Positions 10,399 to 18,778 of a stretch of 64,000 nucleotides of DNA are shown here, piece by piece. Numbering within the stretch: the stretch's first letter is position 1; each line of letters opens with the position of its first letter. Source of the stretch: Candidatus Altiarchaeales archaeon (lineage in GTDB: Archaea; Altiarchaeota; Altiarchaeia; IMC4; SCGC-AAA252-I15). Under the pieces are notes generated by a model. It searched no databases and was not told the origin of the DNA. It saw only the letters and a program-made list of their open reading frames with translations. The stretch covers positions 320,001-384,000 of the forward strand of contig WJMO01000005.1 in the NCBI GenBank assembly GCA_014727915.1, in the 5' to 3' direction. The translations under genes were made by a program, and so were the position numbers.

Positions 10399-10785
10399 AT
10401 GCCGGAGTACAAGGAACTCAACCAAGGCCAGCAGCGAGCCATATTGGAGTCTAAGCTCAGGACTGTTGACTTTCCCCTACCCGACATCAGGGACTTCTCC
10501 AGGATCGACAGCATCGCATGGCAGGTGAACGGAAACGAACGGGTCGTTGACCAGTGCATCGAGATCGCCAAGAGATCCTCCAACAAGCGCGAGACCTTAA
10601 CCCTACTGGACAATGCCATGAAACACTGTAAAGGCCAGCGTGAAAGCCCGTCGGAAATCGGGGACAAGCTCTCTGGCGCATTGACGGACATGAAGGAGAT
10701 AACAGCCTACCACTCCTACCCCCCTGAGGGGATTAACAGGATCTTGATACGCAATCATCTGCTGCCCGAGGAGGATGAAAAATGA
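10399..10785 (+). CDS. Hypothetical protein
   Basis: 128-aa ORF starting 6 nt after leuS; ATGA overlap with next gene. Confidence 0.7.
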   Translation: MPEYKELNQGQQRAILESKLRTVDFPLPDIRDFSRIDSIAWQVNGNERVVDQCIEIAKRSSNKRETLTLLDNAMKHCKGQRESPSEIGDKLSGALTDMKEITAYHSYPPEGINRILIRNHLLPEEDEK

Positions 10786-11075
10786 AGTGCCCCAAAGACG
10801 GATGCGAGATGAAGGAGAAGACAGAGGACGACATCAAAGTCGACGAATGCCCGGAATGCGACGGCGTCTGGCTTGACTGGGGGGAGCTCCAGCGGGCGAC
10901 AGACAACCGGGTGACGGAATACGAGGTCAACTACCGCGGGAAAAGCGGCAGAAACTGTCCCCGGTGCGGAAACAGAATGCGGAAGGGTGACCTGCACTCG
11001 GTGATAGTGGAAGAATGCGAGTGCGGCCTGTTCTTCGACAAGGGAGAGATAAGACAAATCACAATCTACAGCTAG
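10782..11075 (+). CDS. Double zf-TFIIB-like zinc-ribbon protein
   Basis: CPKD...VDECPECDGVWLDWGEL and CPRC...VEECECGLFFDKGEI. Confidence 0.85.
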   Translation: MKCPKDGCEMKEKTEDDIKVDECPECDGVWLDWGELQRATDNRVTEYEVNYRGKSGRNCPRCGNRMRKGDLHSVIVEECECGLFFDKGEIRQITIYS

Positions 11076-11165
11076 GCTTCTATGCACTTACCGGCGGGAA
11101 CCTTTCTCTCTTAGGAAGAAAGAGAAACTTTCACGAAAGAGAAAGAACATTATCACATCCTGATA

Positions 11166-11918
11166 CTATGCTTCGATGCATTTGTCCGCGAACTCCCGAG
11201 CCTCGCTTAACGTGAAATCTCCGGTCAAATCCTTACCCGTCGCCGGACATAACAGCTGCGGAGCGTACTCGGTCCTGTCGAACGCCTGCAGGCAGTCTGT
11301 CAATATCTCCTTGTTAACCGCATGGTCCGCGGTGTAGACATCGTAGACTACTCCGTCATCGTATTCCAAACCCTCCAACTCGTCAACGACCTTGTCGGTG
11401 GACTCGCAGATCGGGCAGTTGCCGGAACTCGTATGGTAGACGATGGAATCCTCTCCCAGCCCGTATCCTTCAACGCAGGAACCGACCCTCTCCAACTCAC
11501 TTTCGAACAGCTGGCAGGACTTCTCCAACCCGCTGAGCAGGCAAATGGTGTGGGCGATGTTATACCGTGTCCGCGCATCCCCCAAGGTGGCCTTGTCCTC
11601 GTACATGACCATGACCGCGGGTTTGCTCACGGCATCGCTGACCTTGAACTGCACAGGGGTTCCCACCTCCTGACTGATCAAATCCATCAACCGGATGTCA
11701 TAGTAGCTGGTGCAATAATCACACTCTCCCTGAACGTGCAGGTCACAGTCCACACAACGGAGGGGATAAAGGTAGTAGACGGTCAAATCCTCAACGGGAT
11801 AGACTGTGTTATTAAACTCAACGACTTCAGTATGCACAGTACCCCCAAAAACGATGAAACCCGCCAGAATCAGGCAGATAACACCCAAAACCCCCGCGGC
11901 AAACCTGTAATCCATCAT
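11166..11918 (-). CDS. Membrane-anchored Cys-rich protein with thioredoxin-like domains
   Basis: N-terminal TM helix; CVDC, CDYC and CPIC motifs; cis-Pro-like segments KPAVMV and YAPQLLC. Confidence 0.65.
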   Translation of the reverse strand: MMDYRFAAGVLGVICLILAGFIVFGGTVHTEVVEFNNTVYPVEDLTVYYLYPLRCVDCDLHVQGECDYCTSYYDIRLMDLISQEVGTPVQFKVSDAVSKPAVMVMYEDKATLGDARTRYNIAHTICLLSGLEKSCQLFESELERVGSCVEGYGLGEDSIVYHTSSGNCPICESTDKVVDELEGLEYDDGVVYDVYTADHAVNKEILTDCLQAFDRTEYAPQLLCPATGKDLTGDFTLSEAREFADKCIEA

Positions 11919-12050
11919 ATCCCCAAACCAAATCAAGAATAAATACTATGCCTACACTAATATAAAAAGCCAGCGCACCAGCCTTGAATTCACACACTAT
12001 GCCAAGGCATGCACAACCTCTACGAGGTTGATAACCTACCCCTCTTCGAG

Positions 12051-12204
12051 GCCGAGGTGGCGATGCCGCAACCTAGCGGTTGCTTACCGCCACCTCGTCC
12101 ACACGATAACACAAAGGATAACACATTGCCGAGGTGGCGATGCCGCAACCTAGCGGTTGCTTACCGCCACCTCGTCCACACGATAACACAAAGGATAACA
12201 CATT
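12051..12204 (+). repeat. Two identical 77-bp tandem units, each beginning with the first 12 nt of the adjacent tRNA
   Basis: GCCGAGGTGGCGATGCCGCAACCTAGCGGTTGCTTACCGCCACCTCGTCCACACGATAACACAAAGGATAACACATT at 12051 and 12128; the tRNA starts one period later at 12205. Confidence 0.95.
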
Positions 12205-12290
12205 GCCGAGGTGGCGGAGCCTGGACTAACGCGCACGCCTGGAAAGCGTGTTCCTTCACGGGAGCTCGAGTTCAAATCTCGACCTCGGCG
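12205..12290 (+). tRNA. tRNA-Ser(GGA)
   Basis: Acceptor GCCGAGG/CCTCGGC plus G discriminator; anticodon stem CACGC/GCGTG with loop CTGGAAA; long variable arm; T-loop TTCAAAT; no encoded CCA. Confidence 0.95.
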
Positions 12291-12359
12291 ATTTATTATC
12301 ATATCAGAGCGATTTCGTCTAGAGAACCGGGAGAGATAAGCGAGCCGTCAGGCGAGCGG

Positions 12360-12478
12360 AATCTCGACCTCGGCGCACGGCTCGTGCCGGAGACATATGT
12401 GTCTCCGGTACGACCAAGAGCTTTTGCTCTTGGTCGCGCCCCGTGCACACGCGGAGCGAGTACCCCCGAAGGGGGTAC
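12360..12478 (+). repeat. 16-bp duplication of the tRNA 3' end followed by a cluster of palindromes
   Basis: AATCTCGACCTCGGCG at 12275 and 12360; hairpins at 12387-12408, 12411-12436 and 12460-12478. Confidence 0.85.
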
Positions 12479-12494
12479 GCACTATAATATTGAA

Positions 12495-12695
12495 ATGTTG
12501 AATTGGGAACGATATAGCATTGATAAAGTAGGGAAAATGGCCGATGGAATTATTATTAGTGCTCTCGGCGGTTTTGTTGCTGCAACTGTATAGGACAACT
12601 TGATTTATTTACTTATGGATTTTTTTTTAATGTTTACAGTTTCTGTTTGGGCAATTCTACAATTTCTGATCTTTTGGGTTAAAACAAAGACCTAA
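12495..12695 (+). pseudogene. Small AT-rich two-TM membrane protein interrupted by an in-frame TAG
   Basis: MLNWERYSIDKVGKMADGIIISALGGFVAATV*DNLIYLLMDFFLMFTVSVWAILQFLIFWVKTKT*; hydrophobic in frame on both sides of TAG 12591. Confidence 0.45.
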
Positions 12696-12732
12696 GTGTT
12701 CTTGGGGTTCGATGGTCTCGGCGCAGGTTTTT

Positions 12733-13440
12733 TTATTTTTTGTTTGTTTTTTTGTTGTGTATTTCTATTCCTTTGTTTGTGATTTCGAATGTTTTGGTGT
12801 CTAGGGGGTGTTTGGTTTCTCGCATTTTTATGACTCTTATTGATCTTGAGTTCAGGGCGGGGTTTATGCCGAGTTTAAAGACTCCATCGCATGCGAACTC
12901 CAGTATCTTATCCTCCTCTTTCGTGCCTTCGAAGTCTTCGATCAGCAGCATGGTCGTTAGTTCCAGCGATCTTATCTCTTCGACCACCAGCCGGTTGGTC
13001 TTCTCCGATTCTGCCTCCAAGCCGGTGCGGGCGAACTGGAGGTCGTAGCCCAGCATGGACTTGTTGTAGAGGTTGTACAGGCTGATGCTGTCCACCACAA
13101 GGCGTTTTATGTTGTGTTCTTTCATCTGTTCCCTGATGTTGTCCGTCATGGTCCTGACGTCCCGGGCCTCCTGGATGAATATGTGGTAGTGTTCGCTGCC
13201 TGCGAGATCCCAGCCGAACTGCAACGCCTGGGTTTCGATGTGGTCTGCCTCCCCCTCCAAGTGGACGAACAGACATTCCTCCCCTGCTTTTATCCCCTCC
13301 CATATGAACTGTATGCCAAGTATTGTCTTGGCAGCTCCTGGGCCGCCGATAACTCCCACTATGAAACCCTCGGGTATGCCCCCGTCCAGCATCTCGTCCA
13401 AGCCTTCAACTCCTGACTTAACCCGTTTGATCTCGCTCAT
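12733..13440 (-). CDS. KaiC/RAD55-like RecA-superfamily ATPase (single domain)
   Basis: SGVEGLDEMLDGGIP, variant Walker A GGPGAAKT, RLVVDSIS, DGVFKL, RSIRVIKMRETKH. Confidence 0.9.
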   Translation of the reverse strand: MSEIKRVKSGVEGLDEMLDGGIPEGFIVGVIGGPGAAKTILGIQFIWEGIKAGEECLFVHLEGEADHIETQALQFGWDLAGSEHYHIFIQEARDVRTMTDNIREQMKEHNIKRLVVDSISLYNLYNKSMLGYDLQFARTGLEAESEKTNRLVVEEIRSLELTTMLLIEDFEGTKEEDKILEFACDGVFKLGINPALNSRSIRVIKMRETKHPLDTKTFEITNKGIEIHNKKTNKK

Positions 13441-13480
13441 ACAGTCAACTATTAGATGTGTAAAATAAAAAAATCCAGGT

Positions 13481-14149
13481 TTACTTGCATCTGTTGTTTT
13501 CGCACCCTTTTGGGCAGGGTGTTTGGGTGATAATCCATGTGGTGGGTTTGCACTGGGATTCGCGCGTTCCGGGGTTCTCGCATTCGAAGAGGAAGTGTTC
13601 GCTTGTCAGCTCGCATTCGCCGGTGCATACTGTGTTGGTTATCCCTCCTCCGCAGTCGGTGTCCCGGGTGCATAGCAGGTCAGGGTTTCCCGGGTTGCGG
13701 AGGCAGCTTCCCTCCAAGCATATGCTCTCGCAGGTTTGGACTTTAAACTCCCTCTTTCTCGTCGTGCACCTCGACTCCCCCGACCTTGGAGGGCCGCAGG
13801 CGTAGTGCCTCTGGCATCCGCTGACCTCGTATCTCACGTACTGGTCGTATCCTATGCAGAACAGCTCCACGCTCGTCTCCCTGCCGCCGCAGTCCTCGTC
13901 CGTGTGACAGGCGGTCTCATCTTCCGAATATTCATTCTCGCCGCCTTCGATGGGTTTCGGGCATCTGGGTCCAGCGCATGTGGGGGAGATCCCGCCTGAA
14001 CTGCCATTGTCACGGGTCATTTGATGTTCATCCGCTCCCCGGCCTGCAATTTCCACCTCCTCGGGTTCTCCGGTCTTTGATCCGCCGATACGTTGCATTA
14101 TGCAGCCTGAAAGGATAAGCAGTAGAACAAGCGATGCGAGTGCTCTCAT
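13481..14149 (-). CDS. Cys-rich lipoprotein
   Basis: Lipobox LILSGC; two C.TD.DCGG...C..GC repeats. Confidence 0.8.
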   Translation of the reverse strand: MRALASLVLLLILSGCIMQRIGGSKTGEPEEVEIAGRGADEHQMTRDNGSSGGISPTCAGPRCPKPIEGGENEYSEDETACHTDEDCGGRETSVELFCIGYDQYVRYEVSGCQRHYACGPPRSGESRCTTRKREFKVQTCESICLEGSCLRNPGNPDLLCTRDTDCGGGITNTVCTGECELTSEHFLFECENPGTRESQCKPTTWIITQTPCPKGCENNRCK

Positions 14150-14191
14150 CAGGTTAATGATGATAATATGGGAATAAAACCTCCTGCCTTA

Positions 14192-14554
14192 TCAGAACCG
14201 AACTGAACCCACGCTGCCCAATGACCTGCTGAATTCATCCAAGCGTCCGGTGGCTCTTCCCACAACTGAAATACGCGGCACATGCCCCTCTAGTGGAGCG
14301 AGGGTTGTGTTGGCCCCTATCTCACTCACTCCAGCTCCTTGAACCGGTGTCCGGACCACTGGCGGCTTCCTAGTCTGTATTGGCGGTATCTCGCCCGGGG
14401 CTGCCATCGTTTCCCCTGGCTGCAGATGTACGGCGGCTTTTGCGCCCACTACTGGGATCTGCCCGTCTCCGGCGACGCCCTGCCCTCCATCCAACGTCTT
14501 CCATTCGCCTGTGTGCGTCTCATCAGCTGGTTTTCTCTGTTTTTCCCTCGCCAT
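14192..14554 (-). CDS. Hypothetical Pro/Gly-rich protein
   Basis: Strong GGAGGTGA Shine-Dalgarno upstream of ATG 14554. Confidence 0.6.
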   Translation of the reverse strand: MAREKQRKPADETHTGEWKTLDGGQGVAGDGQIPVVGAKAAVHLQPGETMAAPGEIPPIQTRKPPVVRTPVQGAGVSEIGANTTLAPLEGHVPRISVVGRATGRLDEFSRSLGSVGSVRF

Positions 14555-14607
14555 TTGCACTCACCTCCTCTTATATCTATCCCCGCAGGATTCCAATAAA
14601 TACTTGT

Positions 14608-14913
14608 CTATTGGGCTTCTTGGGCTCTCTTCTCTATGATTTTCTCTAATTCAGCTAAGAGGGTCCTCTCCTGCTCTTCGCTGATTTCCGCCTTTTTGGC
14701 GTCTCCTATGCGCAAGTCGTTCATCTCCGCGTAAACGGCTATTTTCTCGCTCACCGGCGAGCCGAATATCTCCTGGAGCGTCTTGTCCGCGTCGATGTCG
14801 TCCGCGATCCTACGCAGGATGTCCAGTCTTATCGCAATCTTCGGCCGCTTGTAGGCGTCCATCATCTTCTTCTCGATGTCCGCCGACCTTTTATCCAGAT
14901 CCTCACTGACCAT
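14608..14913 (-). CDS. Hypothetical protein, 'IRLDILR' family paralog A
   Basis: Aligns by eye with 15431..15694. Confidence 0.75.
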   Translation of the reverse strand: MVSEDLDKRSADIEKKMMDAYKRPKIAIRLDILRRIADDIDADKTLQEIFGSPVSEKIAVYAEMNDLRIGDAKKAEISEEQERTLLAELEKIIEKRAQEAQ

Positions 14914-15009
14914 TTGAAACACCTATGCGAAAACATTAAATTCCAACGTTAAAATACCAGTTCAGTCTCAAAAAACGACTTTTAACCGATTAGCTCCCAT
15001 TTTTTTAAC

Positions 15010-15381
15010 ATGGCATTGGTAGCACAACCTCCAAGGGCTCCGGTAATGTCTCCAAGCCCTCCACCTGTAGGTCTTCAGCAGAATCCCCAGCAGCAGAAGG
15101 AGGAGCTTCTGAAGATTATAGACAAGAAGATGGCCGCCAACCCAGGCTGGAAGCCGGGCGACGGCATCGACTTCAACCCGGATGCCGACCAGGTGGACGG
15201 GATGATAGCCTCTAAGGCGAAGACGTTCCTAGCAGCCGACCAGAGGGTTAAGATGGATTTGGCTCAGGCGGTGTTGGACCCAACTGCTGCAGGAGCTTTT
15301 TTGCAGAATAAGTTCGGACTTGAAAAACCACCCGAAAACCCTCTCTACAAGGTCCAGGTGCTGGCGGCGGCATTGGGTTAG
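15010..15381 (+). CDS. Hypothetical protein with P/Q-rich N-terminus
   Basis: ORF downstream of an AT-rich divergent promoter region. Confidence 0.7.
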   Translation: MALVAQPPRAPVMSPSPPPVGLQQNPQQQKEELLKIIDKKMAANPGWKPGDGIDFNPDADQVDGMIASKAKTFLAADQRVKMDLAQAVLDPTAAGAFLQNKFGLEKPPENPLYKVQVLAAALG

Positions 15382-15430
15382 ATAACTAACCCATCTTTTA
15401 CCTTTTTTTATGTTTTCCCCTATTTCTACT

Positions 15431-15694
15431 ATGGCCGACGATTTTAAACCTCCTTTCGGTATCAGGTTGGATATTCTCAGGGAATTGATTGATGGGTTGT
15501 CTGGCCGGGATGAGTTGAAGAGTTTCCTCGGCGAGGACCCTTCCAAGAGCATTGCGGCGGTCAGCCAAGACAACGACATACTCTTCTATATCGTGGGTAG
15601 CGAGGGTAACGTGCCGACCGTGACCGGTGAAGACCATGAGACGTTCTTGAACGCGGTTGATTCCGTGTTGCGGAATGTGTTGCCGAAGGGGTAG
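15431..15694 (+). CDS. Hypothetical protein, 'IRLDILR' family paralog B
   Basis: FGIRLDILRELIDGL...ELKSFLGEDPSKSIAAVSQDNDI. Confidence 0.75.
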   Translation: MADDFKPPFGIRLDILRELIDGLSGRDELKSFLGEDPSKSIAAVSQDNDILFYIVGSEGNVPTVTGEDHETFLNAVDSVLRNVLPKG

Positions 15695-15697
15695 AAG

Positions 15698-15982
15698 ATG
15701 CTGAAACAAAGAACGGATGAGAGGGACGCTAGTTTGACCCAGCTCATAAACAACATCGAGACCGAACGCGGACTTAGGAAAAACGGAGAGGGACTCTTCC
15801 CCCAGAAATCCATGGAAGGTGGCGGTGGTCTGATGGCTATGGCCGGTCTTTCCATGCTGAATCCAGTCTGCTTTGGGGTTGGGTTCACCCTGCTGGTGAT
15901 GGGGCAGGCCGAGAAGGAACAGCACCGCATAGTTGAGGACCGTCGTAGGAGTGCGAGAAACCACTACTCACTGGCGGTGTAA
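15698..15982 (+). CDS. Hypothetical protein with a hydrophobic segment
   Basis: Starts 3 nt after the previous stop. Confidence 0.6.
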   Translation: MLKQRTDERDASLTQLINNIETERGLRKNGEGLFPQKSMEGGGGLMAMAGLSMLNPVCFGVGFTLLVMGQAEKEQHRIVEDRRRSARNHYSLAV

Positions 15983-15989
15983 GCGGATT

Positions 15990-16463
15990 TCATCTATTCT
16001 GTGTTTTCCGGGTTGGGAACCTTATCCTGATGCCGGGCCTGGGTTGATCCAGGTTCTGTTGTTGGTCCAGGTCTTCAGGGGGCAGCCTTTCGATAGGCGT
16101 TACCGGGACTAGTGGCCTGCTTTCAGCCGGTGGGTGCACGGGCACCAGCGGCCGGCGGTCGGGTTCCAAGGCCTCTGGCATAGGTCGTATGTTGTCTGTG
16201 CTGGCAGCAGCCGGAGTGTTCGGTTCCTCTTTGATTTGGCTGTCCTGGGGCCTGTCAGCGGTCAAGCATGCCATCAGAATGGCTGTCGCGGCCGCTCCGA
16301 TGATCCCTCCGGTTATGTGATCGCCGACTCGCTGGCCCAGCCTTCTGCCGTGGTATCTCACATGCTCTCCGGCGGTTGACAGCTTGTCCGAGACGATCTC
16401 CCCGTCTTCGTCGGTGGTGACCTCACGGACCAGTAGCTCCCTTCTGACATCCCTATTGCCCAT
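15990..16463 (-). CDS. Hypothetical single-TM protein with Pro-rich tail
   Basis: TM GGIIGAAATAILMAC; RPLVPV repeated twice. Confidence 0.65.
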   Translation of the reverse strand: MGNRDVRRELLVREVTTDEDGEIVSDKLSTAGEHVRYHGRRLGQRVGDHITGGIIGAAATAILMACLTADRPQDSQIKEEPNTPAAASTDNIRPMPEALEPDRRPLVPVHPPAESRPLVPVTPIERLPPEDLDQQQNLDQPRPGIRIRFPTRKTQNR

Positions 16464-16503
16464 CTTATGTTTAATAATTTGGGGTCGTAGGAATAAATAA
16501 TCC

Positions 16504-18234
16504 CTATCTTCTGTCTTTGACCCGTTCCAGCAGATTTTCCCGTTCGCTATAATATTCTTGGACGAACATGCCGAACTCGTTTATGCCCTTGATGTCTTTT
16601 TCTATGGCGTGTTTGAGGACTTTCTTCTTCTCCTCGATGTCCGCTTTCATCTCCGCTTCGGTCATGCCCGTCTTCTTGTTGACCTTTTCGAATATCTTGT
16701 CCGGCTTGCTGACCTGTATGTACGCGCGGTTCTTGGGCGAGTATAGGTATAGGTTGGACATGATGTTCGAGTCCGACATTGAGCCGTCGTATGTTATCTC
16801 CGATACCTCGATCAAGGTCCTGCTCATGTCCTTCAGGTTATGATACATGACCACCACTAGGTCCAGGGAGTTTATGTCGGTCTTTGGGATGTTATAGGAG
16901 GGGTCCATGAGCCTTTTCATCAGTTCGTTGCTGCTCGTGGCGTGTATGGTCGAGTATACTGGGTGCCCGATCTGCATGGCCTGGAAGAGCGCGCGTATCT
17001 CTTCAGGGCGGACAGCCTCACCCAGTATTATCCGCTCCGGTCGCATCTTAAGGCTGGTGTTTATCAGGTCTATGGTGTCTATCGGGTCTGTGTTAGGGTC
17101 GTCCCTTGAAGTCAGCGAGAGCCAGTTCCACGCGCGGTTCTCGGGTATGAAGATCTCCCTCACCGACTCTATGCTCAGCGTGTGTATGGACGGGGGTATG
17201 AGGCTGCATATGGCGTTCAGCAGCGTCGTCTTACCCGACCCCGATCCGCCGGCTACGAGGATGTTCAGGTCGTATTCGACGGCGAACCATAGTAGCGCGG
17301 CTATCTCCAGGCTGACGCTCGCATACTCTGTCATCAGCCCGACTATGGTCCACGGGTTCCTCGAGAACTTCCTTATGGTTATCATGGTCCCCTGTGGCGA
17401 GACGGTGTTCAGCAGCGTAGTAACCCGGTCGCCTGTGTGCAGCCTCGTCTCTACGATGGGGTTGCTTATGTTTATCTCCTTCCTCGCGACCCGTGCCATC
17501 CTGTTGGCGATCTCTATCAGCGACTCCTCGCCGTTGGGGTATGCGTTGGTCTTCATCCAACCGTGCCGGCAGTGGTATATCGACACGGCATTGTTCCCGT
17601 TGAATACCACCTCCTCAACTTCCGGGTCCATCAGGAATATGCTCAGGCACCCGATCTCGGAGAACTCGTATAATAGGATGTCTGACAGGCGGTCCGTGAC
17701 GTCGGCAGGGAGCTTAAGCTCCTTCTTTATGGCTATCACCGCCATCCTCTTGGCCATCTCCATCTTCTGCTCGTGGTCCTGGCCTATCGGCGCAGTGTAG
17801 TCCCCCTTCACCCGTATGAGGTTGTGGAATACGTACTTCAACTGTATCTTCAGCCCGTTGCTGATCTTTATGGGGGGTACATAGTATGTTAGCACGTTCT
17901 CCCCGGGGAGGTCCAGGACCTTCACGACGAACTTCAGGTTCCTCCAGTCGAATTCCTCCTCCGAGACGACTTTTCCCTCCTCTATGGTCTCGTATTCGAT
18001 CAGCCCTGCGGGGGGTATGACATCCCATATCCGGTCGCTTCTTATGTCGAACACGTGGGCTTTCGAGAATACGTCGATTATGTTACGGTATGTGTGGGAG
18101 TCAAGGTTGAACGCGCTCTGCACCTTGGACAGGGGTATGGGCTTCTTGCCCTTTGATGTGGCCTCGTAAACCTTGTCATAGATGGCCTTGGCCTTCACCA
18201 GTTCGCTCTCACTGTAGCCCTCCGGGTCTGGCAT
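16504..18234 (-). CDS. Type II/IV secretion or pilus ATPase (FlaI/TadA/VirB11 family)
   Basis: ITIRKF, Walker A GGSGSGKTT, LKMRPERIILGE, His box GHPVYSTIHA. Confidence 0.92.
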   Translation of the reverse strand: MPDPEGYSESELVKAKAIYDKVYEATSKGKKPIPLSKVQSAFNLDSHTYRNIIDVFSKAHVFDIRSDRIWDVIPPAGLIEYETIEEGKVVSEEEFDWRNLKFVVKVLDLPGENVLTYYVPPIKISNGLKIQLKYVFHNLIRVKGDYTAPIGQDHEQKMEMAKRMAVIAIKKELKLPADVTDRLSDILLYEFSEIGCLSIFLMDPEVEEVVFNGNNAVSIYHCRHGWMKTNAYPNGEESLIEIANRMARVARKEINISNPIVETRLHTGDRVTTLLNTVSPQGTMITIRKFSRNPWTIVGLMTEYASVSLEIAALLWFAVEYDLNILVAGGSGSGKTTLLNAICSLIPPSIHTLSIESVREIFIPENRAWNWLSLTSRDDPNTDPIDTIDLINTSLKMRPERIILGEAVRPEEIRALFQAMQIGHPVYSTIHATSSNELMKRLMDPSYNIPKTDINSLDLVVVMYHNLKDMSRTLIEVSEITYDGSMSDSNIMSNLYLYSPKNRAYIQVSKPDKIFEKVNKKTGMTEAEMKADIEEKKKVLKHAIEKDIKGINEFGMFVQEYYSERENLLERVKDRR

Positions 18235-18327
18235 AGATGATATTGTGACCTTCCATATAAGTGCTTTTCCGGTAACCTAACCCTCACCATGGCATTTTTA
18301 TTTCTCACATGGCTATTTCCTACTCCT

Positions 18328-18741
18328 ATGAGCAGGCTAGCAGGTGAAGAGCCAGGGAAGGTCAAAAACACAATTCAAACACTCATACTTGCGTCAGCGG
18401 CGGTCCTGTCCACTCTCATGTTCTTCTCTGTCTTGGGGGCGGCCTATGTGATGTCAACATCCCCCCATGTGGCTTCCACCACATCCTCGACGGTTCCGAC
18501 TTCCACCACCTCAACCACGGCTTCCACCACATCCTCGACGTCTTCGACTTCCACCACTTCAACCACGGCTTCCACCACGACTACGACCCAACCTCCGTGT
18601 GGAGGGTTCAACCAGAAGCCATGCGGGGGTAGCACATGCGACCCCGGCTATGATATATCTGCCGGCGGGAGGTGCTGGCCCATCAAAGGAGGCGGGGGCG
18701 GGTGCTACATACCAGCAGGATACCTGGAGTCCTGGAGGTGA
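18328..18741 (+). CDS. Membrane-anchored Thr/Ser-stalk protein with small Cys domain
   Basis: MSRLAG start, TM helix, T/S stalk encoded by a 48-bp tandem repeat, C-terminal CGG.NQ.PC...CDPG. Confidence 0.75.
   Translation: MSRLAGEEPGKVKNTIQTLILASAAVLSTLMFFSVLGAAYVMSTSPHVASTTSSTVPTSTTSTTASTTSSTSSTSTTSTTASTTTTTQPPCGGFNQKPCGGSTCDPGYDISAGGRCWPIKGGGGGCYIPAGYLESWR
18471..18578 (+). repeat. Intragenic 48-bp tandem repeat (about 2.25 copies)
   Basis: GGCTTCCACCACATCCTCGACG at 18471 and 18519, with a partial third unit at 18567. Confidence 0.85.
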
Positions 18742-18778
18742 GCTAATATAAAGAGAGGCTACCAATCCATATACGCAT

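Noticed and set aside
12051-12216. CRISPR array interpretation of the 77-bp repeats
   Set aside because: The units are fully identical with no unique spacers, the third repeat is the tRNA itself, and no cas genes are present.
12009-12593. 194-aa ORF in the ORF track
   Set aside because: It runs across the repeats and the tRNA; only its last ~33 codons look coding.
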